Below are positions 29,591 to 39,924 of a stretch of DNA of 64,000 nt, one piece after another. The notes below the pieces were generated by a model that had not been told where the DNA came from, made no database searches, and saw only the letters and a list, made by a program, of their open reading frames with translations. Source of the DNA: Candidatus Lustribacter sp. (GTDB lineage: Bacteria; Vulcanimicrobiota; Vulcanimicrobiia; Vulcanimicrobiales; Vulcanimicrobiaceae); assembly GCA_965277805.1 (NCBI GenBank), contig OZ255842.1, forward strand, positions 2,784,001-2,848,000, in the 5' to 3' direction. How positions within the stretch are numbered: the stretch's first letter is position 1; each line of letters starts with the position of its first letter. The position numbers and the translations under genes are program-made.

Positions 29591-29940
29591 GCGCGGGCAG
29601 CGTGCAAGACCACCGCCGGCGTCGCGCCGCCGAGCAGTCCGGGCTTCGCAATGCGCACGCGCGCGCGTTGCACGCGCGGATCGGCGAGGATCGCATCGAG
29701 CAGGTCGGCTCCCAGGCGTTCGATCAGATCGTACGAGCGCTCGCGCACCAGGCGCACGATCGTCGCATGCAACGTCGAGTAATCGAGCGTGTCGTCTAGC
29801 GCATCGCTCGCGCGCGCGGCCGCGAGATCGATCTCCAAGCTAACGTCGATGTCGAACGGCTGTGCGACGATCTTCTCGCCGGGATCCGCGCCATGATGTC
29901 CGAACGCGCGGATCCCGTTCAGTTCGATCGTGTCGAGCAT
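29587..29940 (-). CDS. folB: Dihydroneopterin aldolase
   Basis: FGHHG, SDALDDTLDY, LIERL, RIAKP. Confidence 0.94.
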   Translation of the reverse strand: MLDTIELNGIRAFGHHGADPGEKIVAQPFDIDVSLEIDLAAARASDALDDTLDYSTLHATIVRLVRERSYDLIERLGADLLDAILADPRVQRARVRIAKPGLLGGATPAVVLHAARA

Positions 29941-30803
29941 CAGCGGAGACGATCCGCCCAGCCGGGCGGACGCCAACCGCGCACGATCGCGTCGGTGACG
30001 CGCACGACGTCGGTTTGCTCCGCGACGTCGTGCACGCGCACGATATCGATTCCGGCGGCCGCAGCGAGCGCGATCGTCGCGGCGGTGCCGAACGCGCGGC
30101 CGTCGACGTCGCGTCCCGTCAGACGCCCGATCGTCGACTTGCGTGAGGTGCCGAGCAGCGTCGGAAAGCCGAGCGCTACCAGCCGCGGCAGCGCGCCGAG
30201 CACGCTGATGTTGTGTTCGGGCGTTTTGCCGAAGCCGATCCCCGGATCGAGGATCACGTGTTCGGGGGGAATGCCCGCGCGCACGCAGCGTTCTGCCGAT
30301 GCACCCAGACTCGCCAAGACCTCGTCGACGACGTCGCCTTCATAGATCGCAACGGCCTTGTTGTGCATCACGACGATCGGCGAACGCGTTTCGACGCACG
30401 CCGCAATCAGCTCGTCGCTCGCACCCCAGATCGAGTTGAGCAGATCGCCGCCGGCAGCGTGCGCACGGCGATAGACGCCGGCCTTGAACGTGTCGACGGA
30501 AACGATCGTGGTGCGATCGCGCGCGCGCAGCCCTTCGATTACCGGTACCAGGCGCGCGATTTCGGTCGGCGCATCGATCGGATCGTAGCCCGGCCGTGTC
30601 GACTCCCCGCCGATGTCGACCAGATCGCAGCCCGCGTCGCGCTGCTCGAACGCGCGCGTAACCGCCGTCGCCGTGTCGATTGCGCCGTCGCCCGAGAACG
30701 AATCGGGCGAGACGTTGACGATCCCCATGACGTAGGTGCGTTGCCCCCAGGGGAGGCTTCGACCGCGGACGCGCAACGCGCCGCGCGTCGCGGATTCAGA
30801 CAC
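29940..30803 (-). CDS. folP: Dihydropteroate synthase
   Basis: MGIVNVSPDSFS, DIGGESTRPG, DPGIGFGK, SRKS, RVHDV. Confidence 0.97.
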   Translation of the reverse strand: MSESATRGALRVRGRSLPWGQRTYVMGIVNVSPDSFSGDGAIDTATAVTRAFEQRDAGCDLVDIGGESTRPGYDPIDAPTEIARLVPVIEGLRARDRTTIVSVDTFKAGVYRRAHAAGGDLLNSIWGASDELIAACVETRSPIVVMHNKAVAIYEGDVVDEVLASLGASAERCVRAGIPPEHVILDPGIGFGKTPEHNISVLGALPRLVALGFPTLLGTSRKSTIGRLTGRDVDGRAFGTAATIALAAAAGIDIVRVHDVAEQTDVVRVTDAIVRGWRPPGWADRLR

Positions 30804-32118
30804 CCGAACTCACGACGTTGGTGAACCACCACTCGCGTAGCGTTCCGACGACGAAGGTCGAGCCCGTGACCACGACGATGTCGCTCGCATCGGCATTGCG
30901 CCGCGCGATCGAAAACGCATCGACCGGATCGCCGATCGCGCGGCCCCAGATCCCCAAATCTTCGGCAATGCTCGCGAGGCGTTGCGGACGGATTGCCGTC
31001 CGGCCCGGAATGCCGAAGAAGCCGGTGAACGTGAACGTTGCCGGCAATCCCGCGAACGGCTGCAGAATCGTCGTGACGTCCTTGCTGTCGACGATCGCGA
31101 TGACGAACGAGAAACGCCGGTCCGGAAACGCGGCTTTGAGGGCATCGACGAGGTGACCGGTTTTGTCGGCGTTGTGCGCGACGTCGAAGACCACGCTCGG
31201 GTGCGACGGAAAGAACTCCATGCGTCCGGGGATCACGAGCCGCGCGAAGCCTTCCTCGATCTGCGCGCGCGTTGGCCGCAGGCCGTCGCCGAGCAATTCC
31301 AGGGCGCGGATCGCGGTCGCGGCGTTTTCTTGCTGGAACGTTCCGAGCACCGGCAACGAGAGCTCGTAGCGGTCGATCGGCGTGATGACGTCGAACGATT
31401 GGCCGTAGCGCTCGCCGCTGCGCGGCTCGACCGTCACGGTATCGGCGACCGAAACGAACGGTGCGCCGGCCTGCGCGCATTCGGCTTCGATCTCGCGGCG
31501 CGCGTCGGCATCGCGCGCGTTCGAGACGAGCGGCACGCCGCGCTTCGCAATGCCGGCTTTGTCGCGCGCGATCAGCGCGGTGGTATCGCCCAGGATCTCG
31601 GTATGATCGAGCGAGACGTTGGTGATGATCGCGACCTGCGGCTGCAGCACGTTCGTGCCGTCGAGGCGTCCGCCGATGCCGGCTTCGATCACCGCCACAT
31701 CGACGCCGGCGCGCGCGAACGCGACGAACGAGAGCGCCAGCAGCACTTCGTAGTACGATGGGCTGCCGTGTTCGCGCGCCACCGATTCGATCGCCGGCAT
31801 CATGTCGGTGAGCAGCTCACCGAAGGCATCTTCGGAGATCGGCGTGCCGTTGATGCGAATCCGCTCGGTCGGCGAGATGAGGTGGGGCTTCGTATGCAGC
31901 CCCACCCGCTTACCGCTCGCCTCGAGCGCTGCGGCCAGCATCGTAGCCGTCGAACCTTTGCCGCTGGTACCCGCGACGTGCAGCGTGGGGTACTGCAGCT
32001 GCGGATCGCCCAGCGCGGCGACGAACGCACGAATGCGGTCGAGACGGTTCGGCGAACGGCGGGAGGCGTGCTCGTTGATGAGACCGAGTAGATAGGATTG
32101 CGCGCTGGCGAAATTCAC
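30796..32118 (-). CDS. folC: Folylpolyglutamate/dihydrofolate synthase
   Basis: HVAGTSGKGST, EAGIGGRLDGTN, DVAHN; start placed at GTG 32118. Confidence 0.95.
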   Translation of the reverse strand: MNFASAQSYLLGLINEHASRRSPNRLDRIRAFVAALGDPQLQYPTLHVAGTSGKGSTATMLAAALEASGKRVGLHTKPHLISPTERIRINGTPISEDAFGELLTDMMPAIESVAREHGSPSYYEVLLALSFVAFARAGVDVAVIEAGIGGRLDGTNVLQPQVAIITNVSLDHTEILGDTTALIARDKAGIAKRGVPLVSNARDADARREIEAECAQAGAPFVSVADTVTVEPRSGERYGQSFDVITPIDRYELSLPVLGTFQQENAATAIRALELLGDGLRPTRAQIEEGFARLVIPGRMEFFPSHPSVVFDVAHNADKTGHLVDALKAAFPDRRFSFVIAIVDSKDVTTILQPFAGLPATFTFTGFFGIPGRTAIRPQRLASIAEDLGIWGRAIGDPVDAFSIARRNADASDIVVVTGSTFVVGTLREWWFTNVVSSGV

Positions 32119-32159
32119 GGCTACGTCATTTCTACGTGATTCACGTCGCCGCTCCCGTT

Positions 32160-32657
32160 TTAACCGTCTTTGACTGTGCCGCCCAGCAGGTCGAGTGCGT
32201 GGGGCAGGACCGGGAGAATCACCGCGAGGGTCTCGCGGACGGCCTTCGGGCTGCCGGGCAGGTTCACGATCAGCGTCCGGTCGCGTACGCCGGCCACGGC
32301 GCGCGAAAGCATTGCCGTCTTGACGATCGCGAGCGAGGCAGCGCGCATCGCCTCCGCGATTCCCGGCACCTCGTAATCGAGCACGGCGCTCGTCGCCTGC
32401 GGCGTGCGGTCGCGGGGACCAAGTCCGGTGCCGCCGCTGGTAAGGATCAGACCCACGCCGCGGTCGCACAATTCGATCAGCGCCGCTTGCAGCGCGGCCG
32501 CATCGTCGGCGATCACCCGCTCGTCGGCGATCGTAAACGCCTCACCGAGGCCGTCGCGAATGACCGGGATACATGCATCGGGGCGCTCGCCGCTCGCCGC
32601 GCGATCGGAGAGCACGATGACCGCCGCGGTGTACGGCTTACCCGGCGTGGAAGTCAC
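32160..32657 (-). CDS. mog: Molybdopterin adenylyltransferase (MogA/MoaB family)
   Basis: [26 protein letters not shown]. Confidence 0.9.
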   Translation of the reverse strand: MTSTPGKPYTAAVIVLSDRAASGERPDACIPVIRDGLGEAFTIADERVIADDAAALQAALIELCDRGVGLILTSGGTGLGPRDRTPQATSAVLDYEVPGIAEAMRAASLAIVKTAMLSRAVAGVRDRTLIVNLPGSPKAVRETLAVILPVLPHALDLLGGTVKDG

Positions 32658-33120
32658 CGCTCTTGCCTCCGGTCTTCTCCAGCAGGTGCGTTTGCTCGAT
32701 CACGATGCCCTTATCGACCGACTTGCACATATCGTAGATCGTCAATGCCGCGACGCTCGCCGCAACCATCGCTTCCATCTCGACGCCGGTTTTCGCGCTG
32801 GTAATCGCCCGCGTCTCGATGCGCAGCACCGTATCCGAATCCCACGAGAAGCGCACTTCGACCGCATCCAACGGCAACGGGTGACACAGCGGGATCAGTT
32901 CGCCGGTTCGTTTCGCCGCGAAGATGCCCGCAATCTGGGCGGCCACGAACGCATCACCCTTCGGCAGCGTCGCGGAACGCAGCGCTTCGGCTGCGGCCGG
33001 CGGCAGGCGCACGAGCGCAGCGGCGCGAGCGGTGCGGCGCGTAACGTCCTTCGCGCCCACGTCAACCATCGTGACGGAGCCGTCGGCCGCGATGTGCGAG
33101 GACCGCTCGCCGGAGCTCAA
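32638..33120 (-). CDS. moaC: Cyclic pyranopterin monophosphate synthase
   Basis: [36 protein letters not shown]. Confidence 0.96.
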   Translation of the reverse strand: MSSGERSSHIAADGSVTMVDVGAKDVTRRTARAAALVRLPPAAAEALRSATLPKGDAFVAAQIAGIFAAKRTGELIPLCHPLPLDAVEVRFSWDSDTVLRIETRAITSAKTGVEMEAMVAASVAALTIYDMCKSVDKGIVIEQTHLLEKTGGKSGDFHAG

Positions 33121-33323
33121 CGCGCGGGCGCTGCCGATTGAAAGCGCAGCCAGATCAACGCGAGCACCGCCAGCACGAGATAGAGGAACGGATGCTTCGC
33201 GTGCGCCTTGTCGCTCGAGAAACCGAGCGCGCGCGTCATCTCGTTGGGCTCCAGCGGATGCATGATCGAGAGCACGGCGCACAGCGCGAAGATCACGGCG
33301 AGCGCGATGGCGAGAGACTTCAT
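33117..33323 (-). CDS. Small two-TM membrane protein
   Basis: Two hydrophobic segments; 4-bp overlaps with both neighbours. Confidence 0.7.
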   Translation of the reverse strand: MKSLAIALAVIFALCAVLSIMHPLEPNEMTRALGFSSDKAHAKHPFLYLVLAVLALIWLRFQSAAPAR

Positions 33324-34168
33324 AAAACTACTTTCGTACTAAAGAGGATCAGCGCCGCGGCTCCGGCGAGCAAGCAGTACCAGCCGAACGGGCGCAAGTC
33401 GTTGTGTTGGAAATACCGGGTCAGAAATACTACCGACGCGTACGCGGTGATCCCCGCCACCACGCAGCCGGCTATTGCTTCGACAGGGCCAATGGTGACG
33501 CCCGGTTTGAACAGCGTCGGGATCTCGAGCACCGAGGCCAGCAGAATCACCGGGGTCGCGAGCAGAAACGAATAGTTTGCCGCGTCTTCGTGATCGAGAT
33601 CGATCAGCAGACCGGCCACGATCGATGCCCCCGAACGCGAGATCCCGGGCAGCAGCGCCAGGCTCTGCGCGAAGCCGACGCCCACGCCCTCGAGCCACGT
33701 AACGCGCTCGATCGGTTTCGTGCTGCGCCCGCTCTGGCGGCGCCGCAACGCTTCGCCGCCGAACATCACGAGCGCGTTGATCATGAGAAAGATCGCCACC
33801 GGTATCGGCGAGGCGAACAATCCGCGCACGCTGTCTTGAAAGAGCACTCCGAGCAGTCCCACCGGAATCGTGCCGGCAACCAAGAGCCAGCCGAGGCGCT
33901 CGTCGCGCGAGCCGTCGAGCCGGCCGCGCACGATGCTCCCAATGACGGCGCGCACGATGCGTACCCACTCTTTGCGGTAGAACGTCAAGAGCGCGAGCGC
34001 CGTACCGAGGTGCAAGACCACGACGAACGCCAGAAACGACTCGTCGCGCTCGTCGACGTTCCAATGCAGCAACGGCGGGATCAGCACGGTATGTCCGAGG
34101 CTCGAGATCGGAAAGAGTTCGCTGACGCCCTGCAAGACCGCCAGGAACATCGCTTCCGCGAAGGTCAT
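33320..34168 (-). CDS. uppP: Undecaprenyl-diphosphate phosphatase
   Basis: [25 protein letters not shown]. Confidence 0.95.
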   Translation of the reverse strand: MTFAEAMFLAVLQGVSELFPISSLGHTVLIPPLLHWNVDERDESFLAFVVVLHLGTALALLTFYRKEWVRIVRAVIGSIVRGRLDGSRDERLGWLLVAGTIPVGLLGVLFQDSVRGLFASPIPVAIFLMINALVMFGGEALRRRQSGRSTKPIERVTWLEGVGVGFAQSLALLPGISRSGASIVAGLLIDLDHEDAANYSFLLATPVILLASVLEIPTLFKPGVTIGPVEAIAGCVVAGITAYASVVFLTRYFQHNDLRPFGWYCLLAGAAALILFSTKVVL

Positions 34169-34178
34169 GACGCTGCGA

Positions 34179-34937
34179 CTATTGCGACTGGAATTCTACG
34201 ATGAAGCGGTACGAATCCGCGACCGGTTTGCAATTCACGACCCGGGTTTGAAACTTGCTGGCCTTGGCGGCATTGATCGCGGCGTTGTTCAGCAAGGCGC
34301 TGGGCGATTTCTGTACCGTCGCGGAGACGAGTTTGCTGTTCTCATCGAGCGACACGACGACGGTCACCTCGCCGCTAATGCCCTGTTGTTGCGCGATCGG
34401 CGGCGTTTCGGCTTGCACGGCATTGGTCGTCTTCGCATCGGAGTTCGGCACCGCACAGCTCGGCGTGGGCGGCGGCGTCGGCGGCACCGGCGTCGGGGCG
34501 AGCGTCGGCGGTGCGGTCGCAGCCGACGTTGCGGGACCGGTCGGCGAGCCGTTCGGAACGCCGGTGGTCGAGCCTTGGGTGTGCGTGTTCGCCTCTTCGG
34601 ACGGACCGCCGGCATGGGCGTTCGTCTTGAGCGTGTTGATCTTGATTTCTTTGGGCTTCGGCGGCTCCGGCGTTTGATGCGGCGGAGGCGTGGGCGGCGG
34701 CGTCGGCGGCGGAGTGGGCGGCGGCGTCGGCGTGGGCTTCGGCGTCGGCGGCGGCGTCGGCATCTTGTCGACCTTGATGGTCTCGACTTTTTCCGCGGTT
34801 TCCGGCGTGCGGTTGAACTTGATCAGCGGCCCGACGAGCAAATGCAGCAGAATCGAGAGCGCAAAACCGTAGAGCAGAAAATTCTGCGTCCGTTCTCGCA
34901 CGGTCGGCGGCGTTTTCGTCGGGGGCTTAGCACTCAT
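34179..34937 (-). CDS. tonB: Energy transducer TonB
   Basis: SILLH TM; PPPT-repeat linker; TonB-C domain (AQQQGISGEVTVVV...LNNAAINAA...F). Confidence 0.9.
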   Translation of the reverse strand: MSAKPPTKTPPTVRERTQNFLLYGFALSILLHLLVGPLIKFNRTPETAEKVETIKVDKMPTPPPTPKPTPTPPPTPPPTPPPTPPPHQTPEPPKPKEIKINTLKTNAHAGGPSEEANTHTQGSTTGVPNGSPTGPATSAATAPPTLAPTPVPPTPPPTPSCAVPNSDAKTTNAVQAETPPIAQQQGISGEVTVVVSLDENSKLVSATVQKSPSALLNNAAINAAKASKFQTRVVNCKPVADSYRFIVEFQSQ

Positions 34938-34938
34938 G

Positions 34939-35364
34939 CTATTGAGACTGGCCTTCCGGTTGGCCTTCGATGTGATTGGCCAGACCGAAGCCGGTAAGGC
35001 CCTCGTTTTTGGCGGAATCCATCACGCGCAAGATCGTGCCGAAGTCGGCGTGCGGATCGGCCTTGATGATCACGGTCTTCAGCCGTCCGCCGGTCTGCTG
35101 CACGAGGTCGTGAAAGACGCGGCCGGCATCGGTTTGATCGACGACCTGCGAGCCGACCTGGACCTTGTTGTCCTTGCTGACGAGCACGACGATTTCCGAC
35201 GGTTGAACTTTCAACACGTTCTTGGCATCGGGCAGCTTCGGTTCTTTGGTGACCGACGCCAGAATGATGAAGATGATCAAGAGCACCAGCAGCACGTCCG
35301 TAAAGGGCGTGATGTTGATGGTCGACATCACCTCATCTTCAGCCGGCCCGGTATTGACGGCCAT
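34939..35364 (-). CDS. exbD: ExbD/TolR family protein
   Basis: INITPFTDVLLVLLIIF, IKAD. Confidence 0.93.
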   Translation of the reverse strand: MAVNTGPAEDEVMSTINITPFTDVLLVLLIIFIILASVTKEPKLPDAKNVLKVQPSEIVVLVSKDNKVQVGSQVVDQTDAGRVFHDLVQQTGGRLKTVIIKADPHADFGTILRVMDSAKNEGLTGFGLANHIEGQPEGQSQ

Positions 35365-35777
35365 TACGAGGTCACGAACCCGACGTCGTCGAGGCCGTTG
35401 AGGCGCGCGGCGTCTAATACGGTGATGACGGCCTGATATGGCGCCTTGACGTCGGCGGTCAGCGAAACGTGTTTGTTCCCGCGGTGGCGCTTGACCTCGG
35501 CCATGTCGGCGTAGATGTGATCGGTGTCGGTCTTCTTGTTATCGATGTAGATCACGCCTTTTTCGCTGACCAGGATTTGGATGTTGTCGTTCTTCTTCAG
35601 TTGCGTGATCGGCGAATTATCGGATTTGTCCGGCAGATTCTTTTGGAAGCCGGGCGGCGTTACGAGAGCTGCGAGGATCATGAAGATGATGAGCAAGACC
35701 AGCAGCACGTCGGTAAACGGCGTAATGTTGATCTCCGCCATCACTTCGTCGTCGCCGGCCGAAGAGAGCATCGACAT
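35364..35777 (-). CDS. exbD: ExbD/TolR family protein (second copy)
   Basis: EINITPFTDVLLVLLIIFMI, LTAD. Confidence 0.93.
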   Translation of the reverse strand: MSMLSSAGDDEVMAEINITPFTDVLLVLLIIFMILAALVTPPGFQKNLPDKSDNSPITQLKKNDNIQILVSEKGVIYIDNKKTDTDHIYADMAEVKRHRGNKHVSLTADVKAPYQAVITVLDAARLNGLDDVGFVTS

Positions 35778-35809
35778 CGGGGGTTATCCCTTGGAGCGGT
35801 TGCGGGCGA

Positions 35810-36484
35810 TCAGCGCGCGGGAGTCGGGGAGGGCTGATACAGCTCGGTCGGAATCGGCGCACCCGTGTTGTGGAAGTGCAGCATCTCGGCGAGCTGGTTG
35901 GCCGCAACGATCATCTCTTGGTTATACGACTTGATACGCGACTTGAAGTAGTTGAAGAAAATAACCGAGACGACGGCCACGAACAAACCGGCGGCCGTCG
36001 TGATCAACGCTTCCGATACGCCGGCGGCCACGACGGCGGGCGTCGAGTTGCCCTTCAGCGCGATGTCTTGGAAGGCGCGGATGATACCGAGCACCGTTCC
36101 GAACAAACCGACGAACGGCGAGATGACGGCGATCGTTCCGATGATGCCCAGATTTCGCTCGAGCGCGTTGAGATGTTCCATAAGCGCGATCGACAGAGCG
36201 TCGGTGATGTCGGCGCGGTTTTTCTCACCGCGCTTGAGACCGAACTCGAGGATTTTCGGCAGCATGCCCTTATTTTGCTGACACACTTTGATCGCGCCGG
36301 CTAAGTCGTTCGCGGCGATCTTTTGTCCCAGCGCGCGCAGCAGGCCCTTGGAATCAGAGTGCTGGCTCGAAAAGAACAGCAACCGCTCGATGACGATCGC
36401 GATAGCCACGACGGACAGCACGAGCAAGATCCACATGGCCGGGCCGCCGCTAATGATTGTTTGTAAAAATCCACCGATATCCAC
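35810..36484 (-). CDS. exbB: MotA/TolQ/ExbB proton channel protein
   Basis: SPFVGLFGTVLGII.AF, GVSEALITTAAGL.VA. Confidence 0.93.
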   Translation of the reverse strand: MDIGGFLQTIISGGPAMWILLVLSVVAIAIVIERLLFFSSQHSDSKGLLRALGQKIAANDLAGAIKVCQQNKGMLPKILEFGLKRGEKNRADITDALSIALMEHLNALERNLGIIGTIAVISPFVGLFGTVLGIIRAFQDIALKGNSTPAVVAAGVSEALITTAAGLFVAVVSVIFFNYFKSRIKSYNQEMIVAANQLAEMLHFHNTGAPIPTELYQPSPTPAR

Positions 36485-36626
36485 GGTTGCTCCCAGGGCC
36501 TCCTACGTTTGGCGTCTGCGAATGCGGCAACAGGAAAACTCTCAGGGCAAGGTCCCGGCCGGCGAGGACGTGTGAGTTATCCCATAGGGTGCCGATTCCT
36601 CGTCACCCTAGGAGCGCCCGGCCGTT

Positions 36627-37931
36627 CTACATTGGCGCTTTGCCCGTACCGTTTAGCTTGGTTAACGCGTCGTTTATCTGTTTGGCCAAAGACGGGTCGG
36701 AGCCGTATGCAGGCGACGCCTTGGCCTTGTTCATGTAGTCGAGTGCCGTCTTCGGATCGTTTTTTTGCGATGCGACAACCCCGAGGACGAAATCGGCCTT
36801 GCCTGCATTCGGGTCGAGGTCGAGCGCTTTTTGGGCCTCGGCTTTGACTTTATCCCAATCGGGCTTCTTATCGATGGCCATGATGTACGCGGCCTCGGCT
36901 GTCAGGGCGGCCGCGTCGTTCGGAAATGCCGCCGCACCCGATTCCAAACGGCTGATCGCATTGGGGTTTTGGCCGGCATTTGCAAGAGTGATCGCCGCGT
37001 TCATCGCGGCCGTGTATGCGTACTTGTCGAGTTGGGCCGAGCGGCTGGTATCGTTACGGTAGAGATCTTTTGCCGTCTGCGCGGCTTCGCCGAACTGTCC
37101 GGCGTCGATCTGCGCGACCGCCAGCGTGAACGCCAGTGTCGACATCGTTTGCGCGTCGCTCTTGGCGGTAACCGCGATAGATATTGCTTTTTGCAAGTCG
37201 GCGATGGCGGCGGTATAATTTTCCGCGCCCATCTGGGCCTGGCCGCGCGTGTAGTATGCCTGCAGGCTTTGCGGGCTCAGCGCGATCGCGTGGTTGGCCG
37301 CATCGATCGCGTCGGAATACTTCTTGTTTTCGAGCGCGGCGTTGGCATATTTTTGGTACGACTGCAGGGCGAGCGTCTGGTACTGCTCCGGAACCGTGCC
37401 GGCCTTCGCGAAGGCAGCCGACGCTGCGGCCGGATCGCCGCCGAATGCATTCGCCACGCCCAGCAGCGTATAGGCTTGCGTGTCGTTGGGGTTCGTTTGC
37501 AGGTAGGTTGCCAAATCGGTTTTCGCTTGATCGTACTTGCCGGCCCGGATTTCCGCGAGGATCGACGCCAGCGGTCCCGATCCGATCGCGGCCGTATCGC
37601 CCGCAAACGAAACCTTGAAATCGTAGTATTCATCGACCGGCGCGCCGCCGTTCGTTGCCGGACGGTACTTCGAGGTCTGCGCGATTTCGAGCGCCGCAGT
37701 ATTGTCGCCGGGGTTCGAAGACTTTATGACTTTATTAACTTTGAACGTGCCGTCTTTTTTGACGAAGACCTGGATCATCACGTCGCCGGCGCCGGCCGGA
37801 GCGGTGGTGTTCGTTCCGCGCTTCAGCAGTTTCGGCGCGATGTGCGCCGGTTGGGTTTGTGCGCCGGCGACGAGCGGCGCGCCGAACGCGGCGATGCAGA
37901 CACAAGCGATCAGGCGAAACGGCTGGTTCAA
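36627..37931 (-). CDS. Secreted protein with TonB-C-like domain followed by multiple TPR repeats
   Basis: Signal peptide; GDVMIQVFVKKDG...SS...AALEIAQTSKYRPA..GGAPV; TPR repeats; TTG start at 37931. Confidence 0.8.
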   Translation of the reverse strand: MNQPFRLIACVCIAAFGAPLVAGAQTQPAHIAPKLLKRGTNTTAPAGAGDVMIQVFVKKDGTFKVNKVIKSSNPGDNTAALEIAQTSKYRPATNGGAPVDEYYDFKVSFAGDTAAIGSGPLASILAEIRAGKYDQAKTDLATYLQTNPNDTQAYTLLGVANAFGGDPAAASAAFAKAGTVPEQYQTLALQSYQKYANAALENKKYSDAIDAANHAIALSPQSLQAYYTRGQAQMGAENYTAAIADLQKAISIAVTAKSDAQTMSTLAFTLAVAQIDAGQFGEAAQTAKDLYRNDTSRSAQLDKYAYTAAMNAAITLANAGQNPNAISRLESGAAAFPNDAAALTAEAAYIMAIDKKPDWDKVKAEAQKALDLDPNAGKADFVLGVVASQKNDPKTALDYMNKAKASPAYGSDPSLAKQINDALTKLNGTGKAPM

Positions 37932-37935
37932 CTTC

Positions 37936-38814
37936 TTACCCCTTAGGTACGGCATACGGTAGAGAACGGGCGGCGCCGGTGGAACGTTCCAGTGCGTCGA
38001 CCGCCCGGTGAGCTCCCTCGAATGCTGCGAGCAATGAGTCGATATTTCCGGCTTGCAGACCGGCCGCCGTCGCTTGCAGCGCCGACGCTACGTCTTCCAG
38101 CGCACTGGCGAGGGCGCTCGCATTGGCCTGCGCGATTCCCGCCCACAGTGCTGCGTCCGAATGCGCGAGCCGCAGCATCGATTGCATACCCGGACCGCAC
38201 AGATCGTACACCCGCCCGTCGGCATCGCCGGTCGCGGCGAGAACGGCGCCGAGCGCGACCGACAGCATTTGCGGGAGATGCGAGCTGACCGCAACGAGCC
38301 GATCGTGGTCGGCCGCGGTCACGATAAGCGGCCGGGCGCCCAGTGCCGTCACGAGCGCTTCGAGCCGCGTCTGCACGGCCGGGTCGAGTGCCGGAACGAT
38401 CGCCCACGTGCGGCCCTCGAAGAGCGTTGCGTCGGCCGCGCCGAAGCCGCCGACTTCGCGCCCGGCCAGCGGATGCGAGGCAACGAACCGCGGCAAACCG
38501 ACGGCCGCCGCCACGACCGGCAGCTTGACCGATGCGACATCGAACACCATCTCCGCGCGCGCGAGCGCCGCGGCGTTTGCCAAAACGTCGATCGTTGCAT
38601 CGACCGGCAACGCGATCGCGACGACCGCGCAGCGTTCCGCAAGTTCGTCCATCCCGCGCGCGGTTGCGTCGAGCGCGCCGGCAGCGGTTGCGGCGCGCAG
38701 CGCTTCCGGATCGTTATCGTAACCGATCACCGTTGCGCCCGCGGCATGCGCCCGCAACGCGAGCGAACCGCCGATCAGCCCGATACCGGCTATGCCGAGG
38801 ACGGTACCTTTCAC
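37936..38814 (-). CDS. tyrA: Prephenate/arogenate dehydrogenase
   Basis: GIGLIGGSLA, DVASVK, SHPLAG.E, HDRLVAVSSHLPQ. Confidence 0.92.
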   Translation of the reverse strand: MKGTVLGIAGIGLIGGSLALRAHAAGATVIGYDNDPEALRAATAAGALDATARGMDELAERCAVVAIALPVDATIDVLANAAALARAEMVFDVASVKLPVVAAAVGLPRFVASHPLAGREVGGFGAADATLFEGRTWAIVPALDPAVQTRLEALVTALGARPLIVTAADHDRLVAVSSHLPQMLSVALGAVLAATGDADGRVYDLCGPGMQSMLRLAHSDAALWAGIAQANASALASALEDVASALQATAAGLQAGNIDSLLAAFEGAHRAVDALERSTGAARSLPYAVPKG

Positions 38815-39179
38815 GAGCGCTCGAGGTCCGGGCGCAACACGCGCGCGCCGTCGAGATAGACATGGACGATTTCGTCTTGCCGCTTCTCGGTGTTGATGTG
38901 CAGCAGCACGCGAATCACGCGCGGCAACCCGCCCGGCACCGCGATCTCGGTGAAGTTCAACAGCGGCACGCGCGTCCAGCCCATGCGCCGCGCGGCTGCC
39001 GCCGGGAATTGCGAGACGAGATCGGGCGTGAGCGTGAAGAGCGCTGAGGCCACGTCGTCGGAATCGATCCCGTTCTCGGTCACGATTTCGCGCAGCAGCC
39101 GTTCGGTCGCGCTCAGCAGCAACTCCGCATCGTCGCGTTCGACGGTGATTGCACCGCGCACGCCGCGCACCGCGCTCAT
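38811..39179 (-). CDS. aroH: Chorismate mutase, AroH class
   Basis: VRGVRGAITV, FPAAAAR, HVYLDGA.VLRPD. Confidence 0.95.
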   Translation of the reverse strand: MSAVRGVRGAITVERDDAELLLSATERLLREIVTENGIDSDDVASALFTLTPDLVSQFPAAAARRMGWTRVPLLNFTEIAVPGGLPRVIRVLLHINTEKRQDEIVHVYLDGARVLRPDLERS

Positions 39180-39922
39180 GATTCTGCTCCCTCTTCGGCC
39201 TTCGCGACGTCGGCAATCACGCGCAGGGCGGAGACCTCACGTTTCGTCGCTTCACGGATCTCGCCCGGTGCGAGCGTGCCGAGGCCGATCGGGCCGAAAT
39301 GTAAACGCGTCAAACCGATCACGGGATGACCGAGTTCCTCGAACATGCGCCGCACTTGCCGGTTGCGCCCTTCGTGGATCGTGACGTCGACGCTCGACGC
39401 GTCGCGACGCGCGGCGACGACGCGCAAGCGCGCCGGTTGCGCCGGCCCGTCATCGAGCTTCATGCCGCGCTGCATCTCCGCAACTTGTTCCGTGCTCAAG
39501 CGCCCGCGCAATGTCGCGCGATAGGTTTTCTCGACGCCGAAGCGCGGGTGCGTGAGGACGTGCGCGAGCGTGCCGTCGTCGGTGAGCAGCAGCACGCCGG
39601 CGGTGTCGTAATCGAGCCGGCCGACGGGAACGACGCGCCGCTCCCAGCCGTTGCGCTTCAACACGTCGGCGATCGTACGCCGGCCTTCGGGATCGCGCAT
39701 CGTGGTGACGACGCCGAGTGGTTTGTTCATGACGATGTACGCCGGTTCGAGCGCGGGCGCGACGATCCGCCCGCCGAACTCGACGACGTCTTTGTCTTCG
39801 ACCGAGGTGCCGAGCTCCCGGACCACGCGTCCGTTCACCCGCACCAGACCCGCGACGATCAACTCTTCCGAGCGCCGCCGCGACGCGACCCCGCTCGCCG
39901 CGAGGTAACGCTGAAGTCTCAT
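39176..39922 (-). CDS. rluB: rRNA pseudouridine synthase (RluB/RsuA family)
   Basis: MRLQRYLA..GVASRR, PVGRLD, EGRNRQVRRM. Confidence 0.9.
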   Translation of the reverse strand: MRLQRYLAASGVASRRRSEELIVAGLVRVNGRVVRELGTSVEDKDVVEFGGRIVAPALEPAYIVMNKPLGVVTTMRDPEGRRTIADVLKRNGWERRVVPVGRLDYDTAGVLLLTDDGTLAHVLTHPRFGVEKTYRATLRGRLSTEQVAEMQRGMKLDDGPAQPARLRVVAARRDASSVDVTIHEGRNRQVRRMFEELGHPVIGLTRLHFGPIGLGTLAPGEIREATKREVSALRVIADVAKAEEGAES

Positions 39923-39924
39923 GG

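Noticed and set aside
36495-36550. TPP riboswitch upstream of exbB
   Set aside because: The minus strand has CUGAGA and CCUG...CGUAGG, but lacks the ACCC and UAAU-loop elements and there is no thiamine context.
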